Positions 26,729 through 35,592 of a stretch of 47,991 bases of DNA are shown in pieces. This stretch comes from Chloroflexota bacterium (GTDB lineage Bacteria; Chloroflexota; Limnocylindria; QHBO01). Position numbers and translations under genes: made by a program. Positions within the stretch are counted from its first letter, which is position 1. Each line of letters begins with the position of its first letter. The stretch lies in NCBI GenBank assembly GCA_025937875.1, contig JAICQM010000001.1:1-47991 (forward strand). Direction: 5' to 3'. The notes beneath the pieces are model-generated. The model saw only the letters and a list, made by a program, of their open reading frames with translations. It was not told the origin of the DNA and made no database searches.

Positions 26729-27882
26729 GCCACCGGCACCGATGGCGCCGCGGGGCGTCCGGCGCGCGGCAGCTCCCTGCCGGCGAGCTGCGCGTGCAGC
26801 TGGCCGCAGGCGGCCTCGATCTCCCGTCCCCGCGTGTCGCGCACCGTCACCGACACGCCCCCCGCCCGCAGACCCTCGACGAAGCGGGCAATCCGTGCCG
26901 CTGGCGTGCCGCTCCAGCGCGAGCCAGGGGTGGGGTTGAGCGGGATGAGGTTGACGTGGCTGCGCCAGCCGCGTGCCGCATCGACGAGTGCCGCTCCCTG
27001 CGCGTCGGTGTCGTTGAGGCCGTCGATCATCACGTACTCGAGGCTGACGCGGCGGCCGGTCCGCTCCGAGAAGCGCTGGCCCGCGTCGACGACGGCCGCG
27101 ACCGGCCACTTGCGGTTGATGGGCACCAGCTCATCGCGCAGCTCGTCGGTCGCCGCATGGAGGCTGATGGCCAGGTTGACCTGGGGCAGCTCCTCGATCA
27201 TGCGGTCGATGCCCGGCACCACGCCGCTGGTGCTGACCGTGATCCGCCGCGCCCCGATGCCCAGTCGCGCCGGGTCATTGAGGAGGCGGACCGCCTCGAA
27301 GACGCGGTCGGCGTTGTTGAGCGGCTCGCCCATCCCCATGAAGACGATGTTGTAGCTCGCCCGCCTGTCGCGCGGCCGCCACTCCTGCCCCAGGGCGTGC
27401 CAGGGCGGGCGGTGCCAATGCAGGACCTGGTCGACGATCTCGCCCGGGGTCAGCTGCCGTGCGAAGCCCGCTTGTCCGGTGGCGCAGAACGGACAGTTGA
27501 CCGCGCATCCGGCCTGCGAGCTGATGCAGATCGTGGTCCGCTCCGCCATCCGGCCGCGGGATGGATAGCGCATCAGGACCGATTCCACCCGTTGCCCGTC
27601 GTGCAGCTGGTGCACCGCCTTGGCGGTCAGCCCGTTGTCGGCGGTCAGGACGTGGCTGGCCTCGATGGTCGAATAGCGGAAGGCGCCGTCGAGCGCGTGG
27701 CGCAGCGGCGCCGGCAGGTCGGTGAGGTCGTCGAAGCCACCGGCATCGGCCCGATGCGCGCCCGCCAGCACCTGGGTCGCCCGATACGGCGGCTCGCCGC
27801 GGGCGGCGAGCCACGCGGCGAGCGGTGCGGGATCGATCTCGCTGATCGCCGGCCGTGGACCGGCAAGGTTCAGCTCAGTCAC
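26725..27882 (-). CDS. rlmN: 23S rRNA/tRNA (adenine-C2)-methyltransferase, radical SAM
   Basis: CISSQAGCAVNCPFCATG cluster, GMGEPL, and C-terminal IEAACGQL. Confidence 0.95.
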   Translation of the reverse strand: MTELNLAGPRPAISEIDPAPLAAWLAARGEPPYRATQVLAGAHRADAGGFDDLTDLPAPLRHALDGAFRYSTIEASHVLTADNGLTAKAVHQLHDGQRVESVLMRYPSRGRMAERTTICISSQAGCAVNCPFCATGQAGFARQLTPGEIVDQVLHWHRPPWHALGQEWRPRDRRASYNIVFMGMGEPLNNADRVFEAVRLLNDPARLGIGARRITVSTSGVVPGIDRMIEELPQVNLAISLHAATDELRDELVPINRKWPVAAVVDAGQRFSERTGRRVSLEYVMIDGLNDTDAQGAALVDAARGWRSHVNLIPLNPTPGSRWSGTPAARIARFVEGLRAGGVSVTVRDTRGREIEAACGQLHAQLAGRELPRAGRPAAPSVPVA

Positions 27883-28597
27883 GACGGCCGAAGACGAGCC
27901 ACGCGTAGTACAGGAACGTGAGGAGCGCGGTGAGGGCTCCCGCCACGTACGTCCAGGCCGCGGCCTTGAGCACGTCGCGAGCCCCGCCGTGGCGCTCGCC
28001 GGTCAGGCCCGACGCGTTGACGTAGGCGAGTGCCTTGCCCGACGCGCCGATCTCCACCGGCAGCGTCGCGAACGTGAACAGCACGGCCGCGGCGAAGCCG
28101 ATCAGGCCCACGATCGCGAGCCCGGTGATGCTGAACCACACGCCGGCGATGACGAGCCACGGAGCGATGCCGGAGCCGAACTGCGCCGCCGGCACGATGA
28201 GCTGGCGAAGCTTCATGGCCGGCTCACCGGCATGGTCCTGTGCGGCGTGCCCCACCTCGTGGGCGATGACGGCGGCCGCCGCCACCGACAGCCGCGGGGC
28301 GCTGGTCGTGACGCCGCTCGTCTCGAGCGCCCTGGCATCGGCGACCTGGGTGCTGACGCGCAGGATCTTCCCGCGCGGGTCGTAGTGATCGGTGAGCTGG
28401 CCGGGCGTCGGCTCGATCTTGACGTGCCCCAGGCCCTGGCGGTCCAGGAGCTGGCGCGCGAAGTCGAATGCATTGAGGGTGATGCCGGAGTCGACCTTCG
28501 CCCATTTCGAGTACGTGGAACGCACCCGCCACGCCGCCCAGCCGGTGATGGCGAGCGTCGGGATCAGGACGAGCAGGTAAAGCGGATCGAAGAACAT
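27875..28597 (-). CDS. membrane zinc metallopeptidase, YugP-like (Zn_peptidase_2)
   Basis: FFDPLYLL N-terminus, YDPRGKILRVS, HEVGHAAQ, and C-terminal TM helices. Trimmed to ATG 28597 behind GGAGGTGGGG. Confidence 0.8.
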   Translation of the reverse strand: MFFDPLYLLVLIPTLAITGWAAWRVRSTYSKWAKVDSGITLNAFDFARQLLDRQGLGHVKIEPTPGQLTDHYDPRGKILRVSTQVADARALETSGVTTSAPRLSVAAAAVIAHEVGHAAQDHAGEPAMKLRQLIVPAAQFGSGIAPWLVIAGVWFSITGLAIVGLIGFAAAVLFTFATLPVEIGASGKALAYVNASGLTGERHGGARDVLKAAAWTYVAGALTALLTFLYYAWLVFGRRD

Positions 28598-28631
28598 CTG
28601 TGGTTTCCCCACCTCCACGGGGGTCGCCGGG

Positions 28632-28637
28632 AGTATA
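28632..28637 (-). promoter_or_regulatory. candidate -10 box TATACTCC for the YugP-like gene
   Basis: The minus strand reads ggcTATACTcccggcg, 35 nt upstream of the ATG. Confidence 0.45.
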
Positions 28638-28746
28638 GCCGAGGCCGAATTCAACCTCACGAACCCGGCCTGCACGAGCCCCGGCATGGGTCGTGCGAGT
28701 GTCCCTGTCGATAAGGAACTGATACGACTGAGAGGGTCACGTACCG

Positions 28747-29286
28747 ATGAAACGAATTGAACGACTCCGCAGGGAGCTCGAGAACCAGGCGGAGCAGCGC
28801 ATCCCGCAGCGAAAGGCCGGCATCGGCTCGCGCCTCGGCTCGATGGCGCTGGGCCTCGGGGCGGGTGCGCTCGGCACCTACCTGCTGGACCCGGATCGCG
28901 GTCGCTCGCGGCGGGCGCGCCTGGCGGACCAGGCAGCGGCGCTCGTGCGCCGCGGCGGACGCCAGCTGGAGCGCACGACGCGCACCGTCACCACGACCGT
29001 CGAGGGCAAGGCGCAGGCCCTGCGCAACCTTGGCCCGGGCGACGCGCCGGCCACCGATGCCGCGCTGATCGATCGGGTCGAGAGCGAGGTCTTCCGTGAC
29101 CGGTCGCTGCCCAAGGGCTCAATCAACATCAACGCCGAGAATGGCGTGATCGTCATCCGCGGCGAGCTTCCCGAGGTCGCGACCCGCGATCGCCTCGTCG
29201 GCGCCATCCGCGGCGTGCCGGGCGTGTCGGACGTGAAGGACCTGACCAACCTGGCCGAGGAGGTCGAGCCGGCAGCGACCCGTTGA
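28747..29286 (+). CDS. BON-domain protein with YtxH-like N-terminal helix
   Basis: C-terminal INAENGVIVIRGELPEVATRDRLVGAIRGVPGVSDVKDL is a BON-domain pattern. The N-terminus has a Gly-rich TM/amphipathic segment. Confidence 0.72.
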   Translation: MKRIERLRRELENQAEQRIPQRKAGIGSRLGSMALGLGAGALGTYLLDPDRGRSRRARLADQAAALVRRGGRQLERTTRTVTTTVEGKAQALRNLGPGDAPATDAALIDRVESEVFRDRSLPKGSININAENGVIVIRGELPEVATRDRLVGAIRGVPGVSDVKDLTNLAEEVEPAATR

Positions 29287-29294
29287 CCCGGGCG

Positions 29295-30230
29295 TCAGTC
29301 GACGCCCAGCAGGACGTGCTCGCGCTGCAGGCCGTTGCGCCATGCGGCGGCGTCCATCGGAGATCGCCCCTCCGGCTGCACGGTGTCGAGCGCCAGCGCC
29401 CCGAGGCCGCACGCGACGCGCACCGGGTCGCCGGGGATGAGGACGCCGATCGGCAGTCCGTCGATTCCCGGCAGCGGATGCGCCTTCCGGACGTGGAGCC
29501 GGCGACCGTCGATCGAGGTCCAGGCGCCGGGCCACGGCTGGAGGGCGCGCACCTGGCGGTCGAGCTCGATCGAGCTCCGCCGCCAATCAATGTGCCCGTC
29601 CTCGCGCGTGAAGGGGCGTATCAGCGTGGCGCCCTTCTCGTCCTGGGGCCGCGGCTCGATCGAACCGGCCGCCCAGCGCTCGAGCTCCGGCGGCACGACC
29701 TCGGCCGCCAGTACCGCCAGCCGGTCTTCCAGCTCGGGCGTCGTCTCGCGCCCGGTGAGTGGCACCGGCCACTGGGCCACGATCGGGCCGGCGTCGAGCC
29801 GCGGCTCCATGACCATCAGCGTCAGGCCGCCCTCGGCATCGCCGGCGAGGATGGTGGCGGCCACCGGAGCCGCTCCCCGGTGGCGCGGCAGCAGCGAGGG
29901 GTGGACGTTGAGCGGCGGTCGCGGGGCGAGCGACAGCAGGTGCTCCGGCACGAGCTGGCCGTACGCGACCAGGAGCAGCCCATCCGGGGCCCAGGCGGTC
30001 AGCAGGTCGCGCGCCTCATCCGACCGCAGGCGGCGCGGTGTCTCGACCCGGAGCCCCGCCTCGCGTGCCCGGGCGCTCACCGGCGACGGCCGTGAACGCA
30101 TGCCGCGGCCGGCGGGCCGATCCGGCTGGCTGACGACGAGCAGGTCGTCGGTGATGGCGGGCAGCCGCTCGAGCAGCGGGACACCGATGGCCCCGGTCCC
30201 GATGAAGGCGATGCGCCCGATCGTGCTCAC
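29295..30230 (-). CDS. fmt: methionyl-tRNA formyltransferase
   Basis: IAFIGTG, NVHPSLLPRHRGAAP, and the def-fmt pairing. Confidence 0.95.
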   Translation of the reverse strand: MSTIGRIAFIGTGAIGVPLLERLPAITDDLLVVSQPDRPAGRGMRSRPSPVSARAREAGLRVETPRRLRSDEARDLLTAWAPDGLLLVAYGQLVPEHLLSLAPRPPLNVHPSLLPRHRGAAPVAATILAGDAEGGLTLMVMEPRLDAGPIVAQWPVPLTGRETTPELEDRLAVLAAEVVPPELERWAAGSIEPRPQDEKGATLIRPFTREDGHIDWRRSSIELDRQVRALQPWPGAWTSIDGRRLHVRKAHPLPGIDGLPIGVLIPGDPVRVACGLGALALDTVQPEGRSPMDAAAWRNGLQREHVLLGVD

Positions 30231-30253
30231 GCGGCGGGCAGCATCGGTCTGGC

Positions 30254-30760
30254 TCAGATGCCGGCGGTGGTCTCTTCGTTGACCTCGTCGGCGTGCTCGC
30301 TGACGCGGACGAGCTCCTCGAGGCTCTCGAGGTAGTCGATGTACAGGATCCCGTTGAGGTGGTCGATCTCGTGCTGCAGCGCTCGCGCCAGGAGGTCCTC
30401 GCCCTTGATCCGGAACTCCTTGCCGTGGCGGTCGCGGGCCTTGACGGTGACCTTCTGGTGTCGCGTCACCTCGGCCACGAACCCGGGAATGCTGAGGCAG
30501 CCCTCCCAGTCCACGACCTCGCCGGAGGCCTTGACGATCTGCGGGTTGACGAGCTCATGGATCGTGTCCTCGAGCTCGATGACCGCGACCTGCAGTGGGA
30601 TCCCGACCTGGTTGGCCGCCAGGCCGATCCCCGGTGCGTCGCGCATCGTCTCGAGCATGTCGTCCAGCAGGCGATGCAGGCTGGCGTCGAAGGTCGACAC
30701 CTTCTTCGTCTTCTCGCGCAGGATCGGCGCTTCGGCGGTGAGAATCTCTCGGACGACCAT
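30254..30760 (-). CDS. def: peptide deformylase
   Basis: The GIGLAANQVG, EGCLSIPG and HEIDHLNG motifs. Confidence 0.96.
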   Translation of the reverse strand: MVVREILTAEAPILREKTKKVSTFDASLHRLLDDMLETMRDAPGIGLAANQVGIPLQVAVIELEDTIHELVNPQIVKASGEVVDWEGCLSIPGFVAEVTRHQKVTVKARDRHGKEFRIKGEDLLARALQHEIDHLNGILYIDYLESLEELVRVSEHADEVNEETTAGI

Positions 30761-30781
30761 GTCCCTAGTGTACCGATCCGC

Positions 30782-33133
30782 TCAGAGCAGCGACTCCGGG
30801 TCGACGTCGATGGCCACGCCCGCCGGCACCCGCTCCAGGGCAGCCGCGCGCGCGGCCTCCGACTCGGCACGCAGCACGACCTGCATGCGCCATCGCCCGG
30901 CGCGCCGCGGCACGTACGCCGGCAGGGGTCCCAGCGCCTCCACGCCCGGCTGCGACACGGCCTCGGCCGCCTCGCGGCCACGGGCCTCGGCGCGGTCGCG
31001 GTCGGCGTCGGCCACCAGCAGGCGCGCCAGAACCGACGCCGGCGGATAGCCCAGCAGGCGCCGCCGCGGCAGCTCCTCGTCGGCGAACGCGTCCACGTCC
31101 ATCGCTGCCGCGGCGCGGACGGCGTAGTGCGTCGGCGCGTAGGACTGGATGATGACCCGTCCCGGCATCGGTCCGCGGCCGGCCCGGCCCGCGACCTGGG
31201 CCAGCAGCTGGAACGTGCGCTCTGGGGCCAGGTAGTCCGGCAGGTTGAGCGTGATGTCGGCGGCGATCACCGCCGAGAGCACCACTGTCGGCAGGTCGAG
31301 GCCCTTGGCCGCCAGTTGCGTCCCGACGAGCACGTCGAAGGCGCCGGCGGCAAAGTCGTCGTACACCGTCTCGTACCCACGGCCGGCGGCGAGCACGTCC
31401 GAGTCCAGGCGCCCGATCCGCAGCCGGGAAAATCGCGATCGCAGCTCGGCCTCGACCCGCTGCGTCCCGGCGCCGAAGTAGCGGATGCGGCGCGAGCCGC
31501 AGCGCGGGCAGGCGTCCGGCGGTGCCGCCGTTCGCCCGCAGTGATGGCAGCGCAGCCGCCCACCGGAGAGGTGGAACACGTACGGCAGGTCGCAGTCCGG
31601 GCAGCGGACCGACTCCCCGCAGTCGCGGCACAGGACGAACGTGGCGGCACCGCGGCGGTTGATGAGCAGGATCGCCTGCTGCCCGGGCTCCAGCGCGTCG
31701 AGTGCCTCGGCCAGTCTGCCGCTGAAGATGGACCGATTCCCACCGGCCAGCTCCTCGCGCAGGTCGACCACCTCGACCGACGGCGCGGCACCGACGCGGC
31801 GCTCGCGCAGCCGCACCCGCTCAACCATCCCGCCCCGGGCGCGGCTGACGGTGACCACGTCCGGCGTGGCCGTGCCCAGGACGAGGCGCGCCCCGGTGAG
31901 CAGCGCTCGGCGACGTGCCGCCCACCGGGCATCGAGGCGCGGCGTGCGGTCGGACTTGTACGCGCCGTCGTGAGCCTCGTCGATGACGACCAGCCCCAGG
32001 TCGGCCAGCGGTGCCATCACCGCGCTGCGGGTCCCCACCACGACCCGCGCCTCGCCGCGCAGGATCCGCCACCATGCGTCGTGCCGCTCCCCGCCCGAGA
32101 GGCCGGAGTGCAGGGCCGCCACCACGTCACCGGCGACGGCGGTCACGCGGTCGACGAGCTGCGCCACGCCCGACAGCTCGGGCACCAGCAGGATCGCCGA
32201 GCGTCCCGCGGCCAGCGTCGCCGCCAGGGCGGCCAGGTACACCTCGGTCTTGCCGGACGCGGTCACGCCCTCCAGCAGCAGCTCCCCGCCGGGGACGAGA
32301 GCGGCGATGGCCGCGACAGCGTCCTGCTGCTCCGCGGCGAGGTCGAACGCCAGCGGCGCGCGTCGCTCACGGTGCGCCAGCGGGTCGCGCACCTCGACGC
32401 GCCAGTCGAGCTCCGCCCTTCCCAGCGCCTCCAGGCGGCGCGCCGGGGCCAGCAGGCGGCCCACGTCCACGCTCAGCGCCTCGGCCAGCTCGGGGAACGT
32501 CCGCTCCCCCGCCGCCACCGCGGCGAGCAGGGCGGCCTGCAGCGGCGCGCGCTTCGGCGGGGCGCCGGGCTTGCCGGCGGGGCGGAGGACCCGCACCCGT
32601 CGTTCGGCGATTTCCGGCGGGCGCAGCGTCCACGCCGCGCGCACGGCGCCGCCGCGTCGCAGCTTCTCCAGCCAGGCCTCGCGGCCGCGCCGCGGGGCAT
32701 GCCGCAGCAGTGCGGCATCCTCGATGTGCCCGTCGTCGCCGGCCAGCCCGCGGACCTCGTGCGGAAGCGCCTCGGCGTCGACGACCTGCCAGCGTCGCGT
32801 GAGCCGCGACTCCAGGCCCGGCGGCAGCATCGACGCCAGCGTCGTGCCCACCGGTGCGCGGTAGTAGGCGGCAACGTCGGCGGCCAGGTCCAGGAGGTCC
32901 GGCGTCAGCATCGGTCCGGAGACGACGGCCTCCACCTCGCGCAGCTCGCCGCCGTCGGGCGCCTCGGCGCCGCTCGCCACCAGGTAGCCGAGTGCGAGGC
33001 GCCGGCCGTACGGGACGAGGACGAGCGAGCCGGGGGCAACGCGCCCCAGCGCACGGGGCAGGCTATAGGTGAACGTGCGCTCGGGACGGTCGGCCAGGGC
33101 GTCGACCGCCACCCGCACCAGCCCGGTGCTCAC
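30782..33133 (-). CDS. priA: primosomal protein N' (replication restart helicase)
   Basis: GVTASGKTEVY, DEAHD, Cys-rich zinc insert CRDCGESVRCPDCDLPYVFH...CHHCG...CPRCG. Confidence 0.95.
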   Translation of the reverse strand: MSTGLVRVAVDALADRPERTFTYSLPRALGRVAPGSLVLVPYGRRLALGYLVASGAEAPDGGELREVEAVVSGPMLTPDLLDLAADVAAYYRAPVGTTLASMLPPGLESRLTRRWQVVDAEALPHEVRGLAGDDGHIEDAALLRHAPRRGREAWLEKLRRGGAVRAAWTLRPPEIAERRVRVLRPAGKPGAPPKRAPLQAALLAAVAAGERTFPELAEALSVDVGRLLAPARRLEALGRAELDWRVEVRDPLAHRERRAPLAFDLAAEQQDAVAAIAALVPGGELLLEGVTASGKTEVYLAALAATLAAGRSAILLVPELSGVAQLVDRVTAVAGDVVAALHSGLSGGERHDAWWRILRGEARVVVGTRSAVMAPLADLGLVVIDEAHDGAYKSDRTPRLDARWAARRRALLTGARLVLGTATPDVVTVSRARGGMVERVRLRERRVGAAPSVEVVDLREELAGGNRSIFSGRLAEALDALEPGQQAILLINRRGAATFVLCRDCGESVRCPDCDLPYVFHLSGGRLRCHHCGRTAAPPDACPRCGSRRIRYFGAGTQRVEAELRSRFSRLRIGRLDSDVLAAGRGYETVYDDFAAGAFDVLVGTQLAAKGLDLPTVVLSAVIAADITLNLPDYLAPERTFQLLAQVAGRAGRGPMPGRVIIQSYAPTHYAVRAAAAMDVDAFADEELPRRRLLGYPPASVLARLLVADADRDRAEARGREAAEAVSQPGVEALGPLPAYVPRRAGRWRMQVVLRAESEAARAAALERVPAGVAIDVDPESLL

Positions 33134-33141
33134 AGGGGGCG

Positions 33142-33807
33142 TCAGACGTTCACGGCCCGCGGTGGCTCGCGGCGCGCCTCGGCCTGGATGATCTCCCAGA
33201 TCCGCTCGGCGGCCTCCTCGGGGTGATCGGTCTCGTTGACGACGACGTAGTCGTAGGCATCGGTCTGCGCCATCCAGCGCTCGGCGTCCTTCCGCCGGCG
33301 CTCCATGCTGGCCGCGTCCTCCGAACCACGCCCGGAGAGGCGGTCCTCGAGGTCCTCCATGGAGGGCGGCATGACGAACACGAGCAGGGCATCCGGCACG
33401 CGTGCGCGGACGGCTCGCGCGCCCTGCGGGTCGATGGTGAGGATCGCGTCGCGCCCCGCGGCCAGGATGCCTCGCACCTGCTCGATGGGCGTGCCGTACC
33501 AGTTGCCGTGGACGTTGGCAGACTCGAGCAGCCCGTCGGCGGCGCGCAGGGCGTCGAACTCTTCGACGGTCAGGAAGTGGTAGTGGACCTTGTCGACCTC
33601 GTCGGTCCGTCGCTCGCGGGTGGTGGCGGTGACGATCGGTACGACCTGTGGATGATCGTGGGCCAGGACCGCCACGATGGTGCTCTTCCCCACCCCGGAC
33701 GGGCCGCTGATGACGACCAGCATCGGATTGGGAAACGTCATCTTCTTGGACGGTGCGGCGTCCGGCGGGGCGTAGCGGTCGCTGTCGGGCGGGACCTCCT
33801 CGCTCAT
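33142..33807 (-). CDS. gmk: guanylate kinase
   Basis: ISGPSGVGKST, TTRERR..E..G..YHF. Confidence 0.94.
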   Translation of the reverse strand: MSEEVPPDSDRYAPPDAAPSKKMTFPNPMLVVISGPSGVGKSTIVAVLAHDHPQVVPIVTATTRERRTDEVDKVHYHFLTVEEFDALRAADGLLESANVHGNWYGTPIEQVRGILAAGRDAILTIDPQGARAVRARVPDALLVFVMPPSMEDLEDRLSGRGSEDAASMERRRKDAERWMAQTDAYDYVVVNETDHPEEAAERIWEIIQAEARREPPRAVNV

Positions 33808-34799
33808 CGCGCCTCCTGCATGCTCACGGCCCCCTCCACCGATGCCCCCACCCCCACCGGCAGCCGTGCGCTCGACAGCCCAGCCGCGTTCAGCGCCGCC
33901 GCGAGATCAGGTGGCAGCTCGCTCCACGCCTCCAGCCGCGCGCCGTCCAGCGGCCGTGCCAGGCCCAGCCGTGCGGCGTGGAGGAACTGCCGCTCCAAGC
34001 CGCCGGGGCCGACGCCGCCACCGTAGCGCATGTCCCCGGCGATGGGGAGGCGCAGGTACGCAAGGTGGGCGCGGATCTGGTGCGTGCGCCCGGTGAGCGG
34101 CCGCAGGGCGAGCAGCGTATAGCCGCCGCCGCTGCTGAGCGACTCGTATTCGGTGGCCGCCTCTCGCCCGCCGCTCACCACCGCCATCCGCTGCCGATCG
34201 GCCGGATCGCGGCCGATGGGCGCCTCCACCCGGCCGCGAGACGCCGGCGCATCGCCACGCACCAGGGCCAGGTACTCCTTGTCGATCGAGCGGTCGCCGA
34301 ACTGGGCCATGAGGCTGGCTTGGGCGGCATCGGTCTTCGCCACCAGGAGCAGGCCGGACGTGTCCTTGTCGAGCCGGTGCACGATCCCCGGCCGCTCCAG
34401 GCCGGCGATGCTGCCCAGCGGCTCGCCGCTGGCCCGCGCTCGGCCCAGCAGGGCGTGGACGAGTGTGCCGGTGGCGTGGCCGGCGCTGGGATGCACGACG
34501 AGGCCGGCCGGCTTGTCGACGATGAGCATCGACGAGTCCTCGTAGGCGATCCGCAGCGGGATGTCCTCCGGGACCAGCGACTCGTCCGGCGGCGCCGACA
34601 GCTCGACGCCGATGCGCTCGCCGCCAGCGAGCCGATCGCTGGCCCGCGCCCGCCGCCCCTCGACCAGGGCACGACCATCGGAGATGAGGCGCTGGGCGTG
34701 GGCGCGGCTGATGCCGGCCACCGCCACCACCGCCAGGTCGAATCGCCCGGCAGGAGCCTGGCCCTCCACGGTGCGCGGCCCGACGGGTGGACCGCTCAC
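33804..34799 (-). CDS. rluD: RluA-family 23S rRNA pseudouridine synthase (RluD-like)
   Basis: S4-like N-terminus, HRLDKDTSGLLLVAK, GRTHQIRAH. Confidence 0.88.
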   Translation of the reverse strand: MSGPPVGPRTVEGQAPAGRFDLAVVAVAGISRAHAQRLISDGRALVEGRRARASDRLAGGERIGVELSAPPDESLVPEDIPLRIAYEDSSMLIVDKPAGLVVHPSAGHATGTLVHALLGRARASGEPLGSIAGLERPGIVHRLDKDTSGLLLVAKTDAAQASLMAQFGDRSIDKEYLALVRGDAPASRGRVEAPIGRDPADRQRMAVVSGGREAATEYESLSSGGGYTLLALRPLTGRTHQIRAHLAYLRLPIAGDMRYGGGVGPGGLERQFLHAARLGLARPLDGARLEAWSELPPDLAAALNAAGLSSARLPVGVGASVEGAVSMQEAR

Positions 34800-35326
34800 G
34801 TCGGCGCTTCCGTGCGGCTGGTGCCCTCCTGCGGGCCGGCGTCGGTGAAAAAGGTGAGGATGATGACCAGCAGGCCGATGCCGACCACGACTCCCGAGTC
34901 GGCGATGTTGAACGTCGGGAACCGCGTGTCGCCGAAGCCGAACGACAGGAAGTCGGTCACGTACCCCTGCCGCAGGCGGTCGATGAAGTTGCCGAGGGTC
35001 CCGCCCAGGACGACCCCCAGCACGACCTGCAGCCAGCGGCTCCGTCCCACGAAAGACCGATGGAAGTACGCCACCATGCCCAGCGCCAGGACCGTCACCA
35101 CGATGAACAGCAGCAGCCCACCCTCGAACAGGCTGAACGCGGCGCCGGTGTTCCGGACGTGCCAGAGCTGGAACAGGTCGCCCACGACATCGATGCGCTC
35201 GCCGAACGGAATGGCGCCGATCACCATGGCCTTGGTCGCCTGGTCGGCGACGAGGACGACGGCCGCCACGGCCAGCAGGGTCAGGAGTTCGGCGCGTCCG
35301 CGGGCGCGTGCCGGGTCGGTGGTCAT
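34796..35326 (-). CDS. lspA: lipoprotein signal peptidase II
   Basis: VADQATK, NTGAAFS, GNFIDR, FNIADS motifs. Trimmed to ATG 35326. GTG 35362 is a possible alternative. Confidence 0.9.
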   Translation of the reverse strand: MTTDPARARGRAELLTLLAVAAVVLVADQATKAMVIGAIPFGERIDVVGDLFQLWHVRNTGAAFSLFEGGLLLFIVVTVLALGMVAYFHRSFVGRSRWLQVVLGVVLGGTLGNFIDRLRQGYVTDFLSFGFGDTRFPTFNIADSGVVVGIGLLVIILTFFTDAGPQEGTSRTEAPT

Positions 35327-35393
35327 CGGCCGCCCATGGTAGACCGATGCCGCAGGCTTCACCGTGCTCTCATCCACCGAGGTAGTTGCCAGG

Positions 35394-35512
35394 TAGACCT
35401 GGTGGGTCTGGTAGGCGGGAAATCGGTCACGTGAGCGCGGGACCTGGCCGGTTCGAGCGTAGTCGCGACCGGGCACGGCGTCCCATCGCACCTACCAGAC
35501 ATCCCAGGTCTA
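35394..35512. repeat. long interrupted inverted repeat (9 bp + 10 bp helix) closing a ~75-nt branched region, in the ileS-lspA spacer
   Basis: TAGACCTGG (35394-35402) pairs with CCAGGTCTA (35504-35512). GTCTGGTAGG (35406-35415) pairs with CCTACCAGAC (35491-35500). The interior contains nested GGGAC/GTCCC and CCGGT/ACCGG helices. Confidence 0.6.
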
Positions 35513-35592
35513 GGTGGTGCCGCTCGGCCCGACATGGACGACCGGCCGCTCCGCGATCCGCATGCCTCGCATTGGGCGGTCGGTTCGCGATC

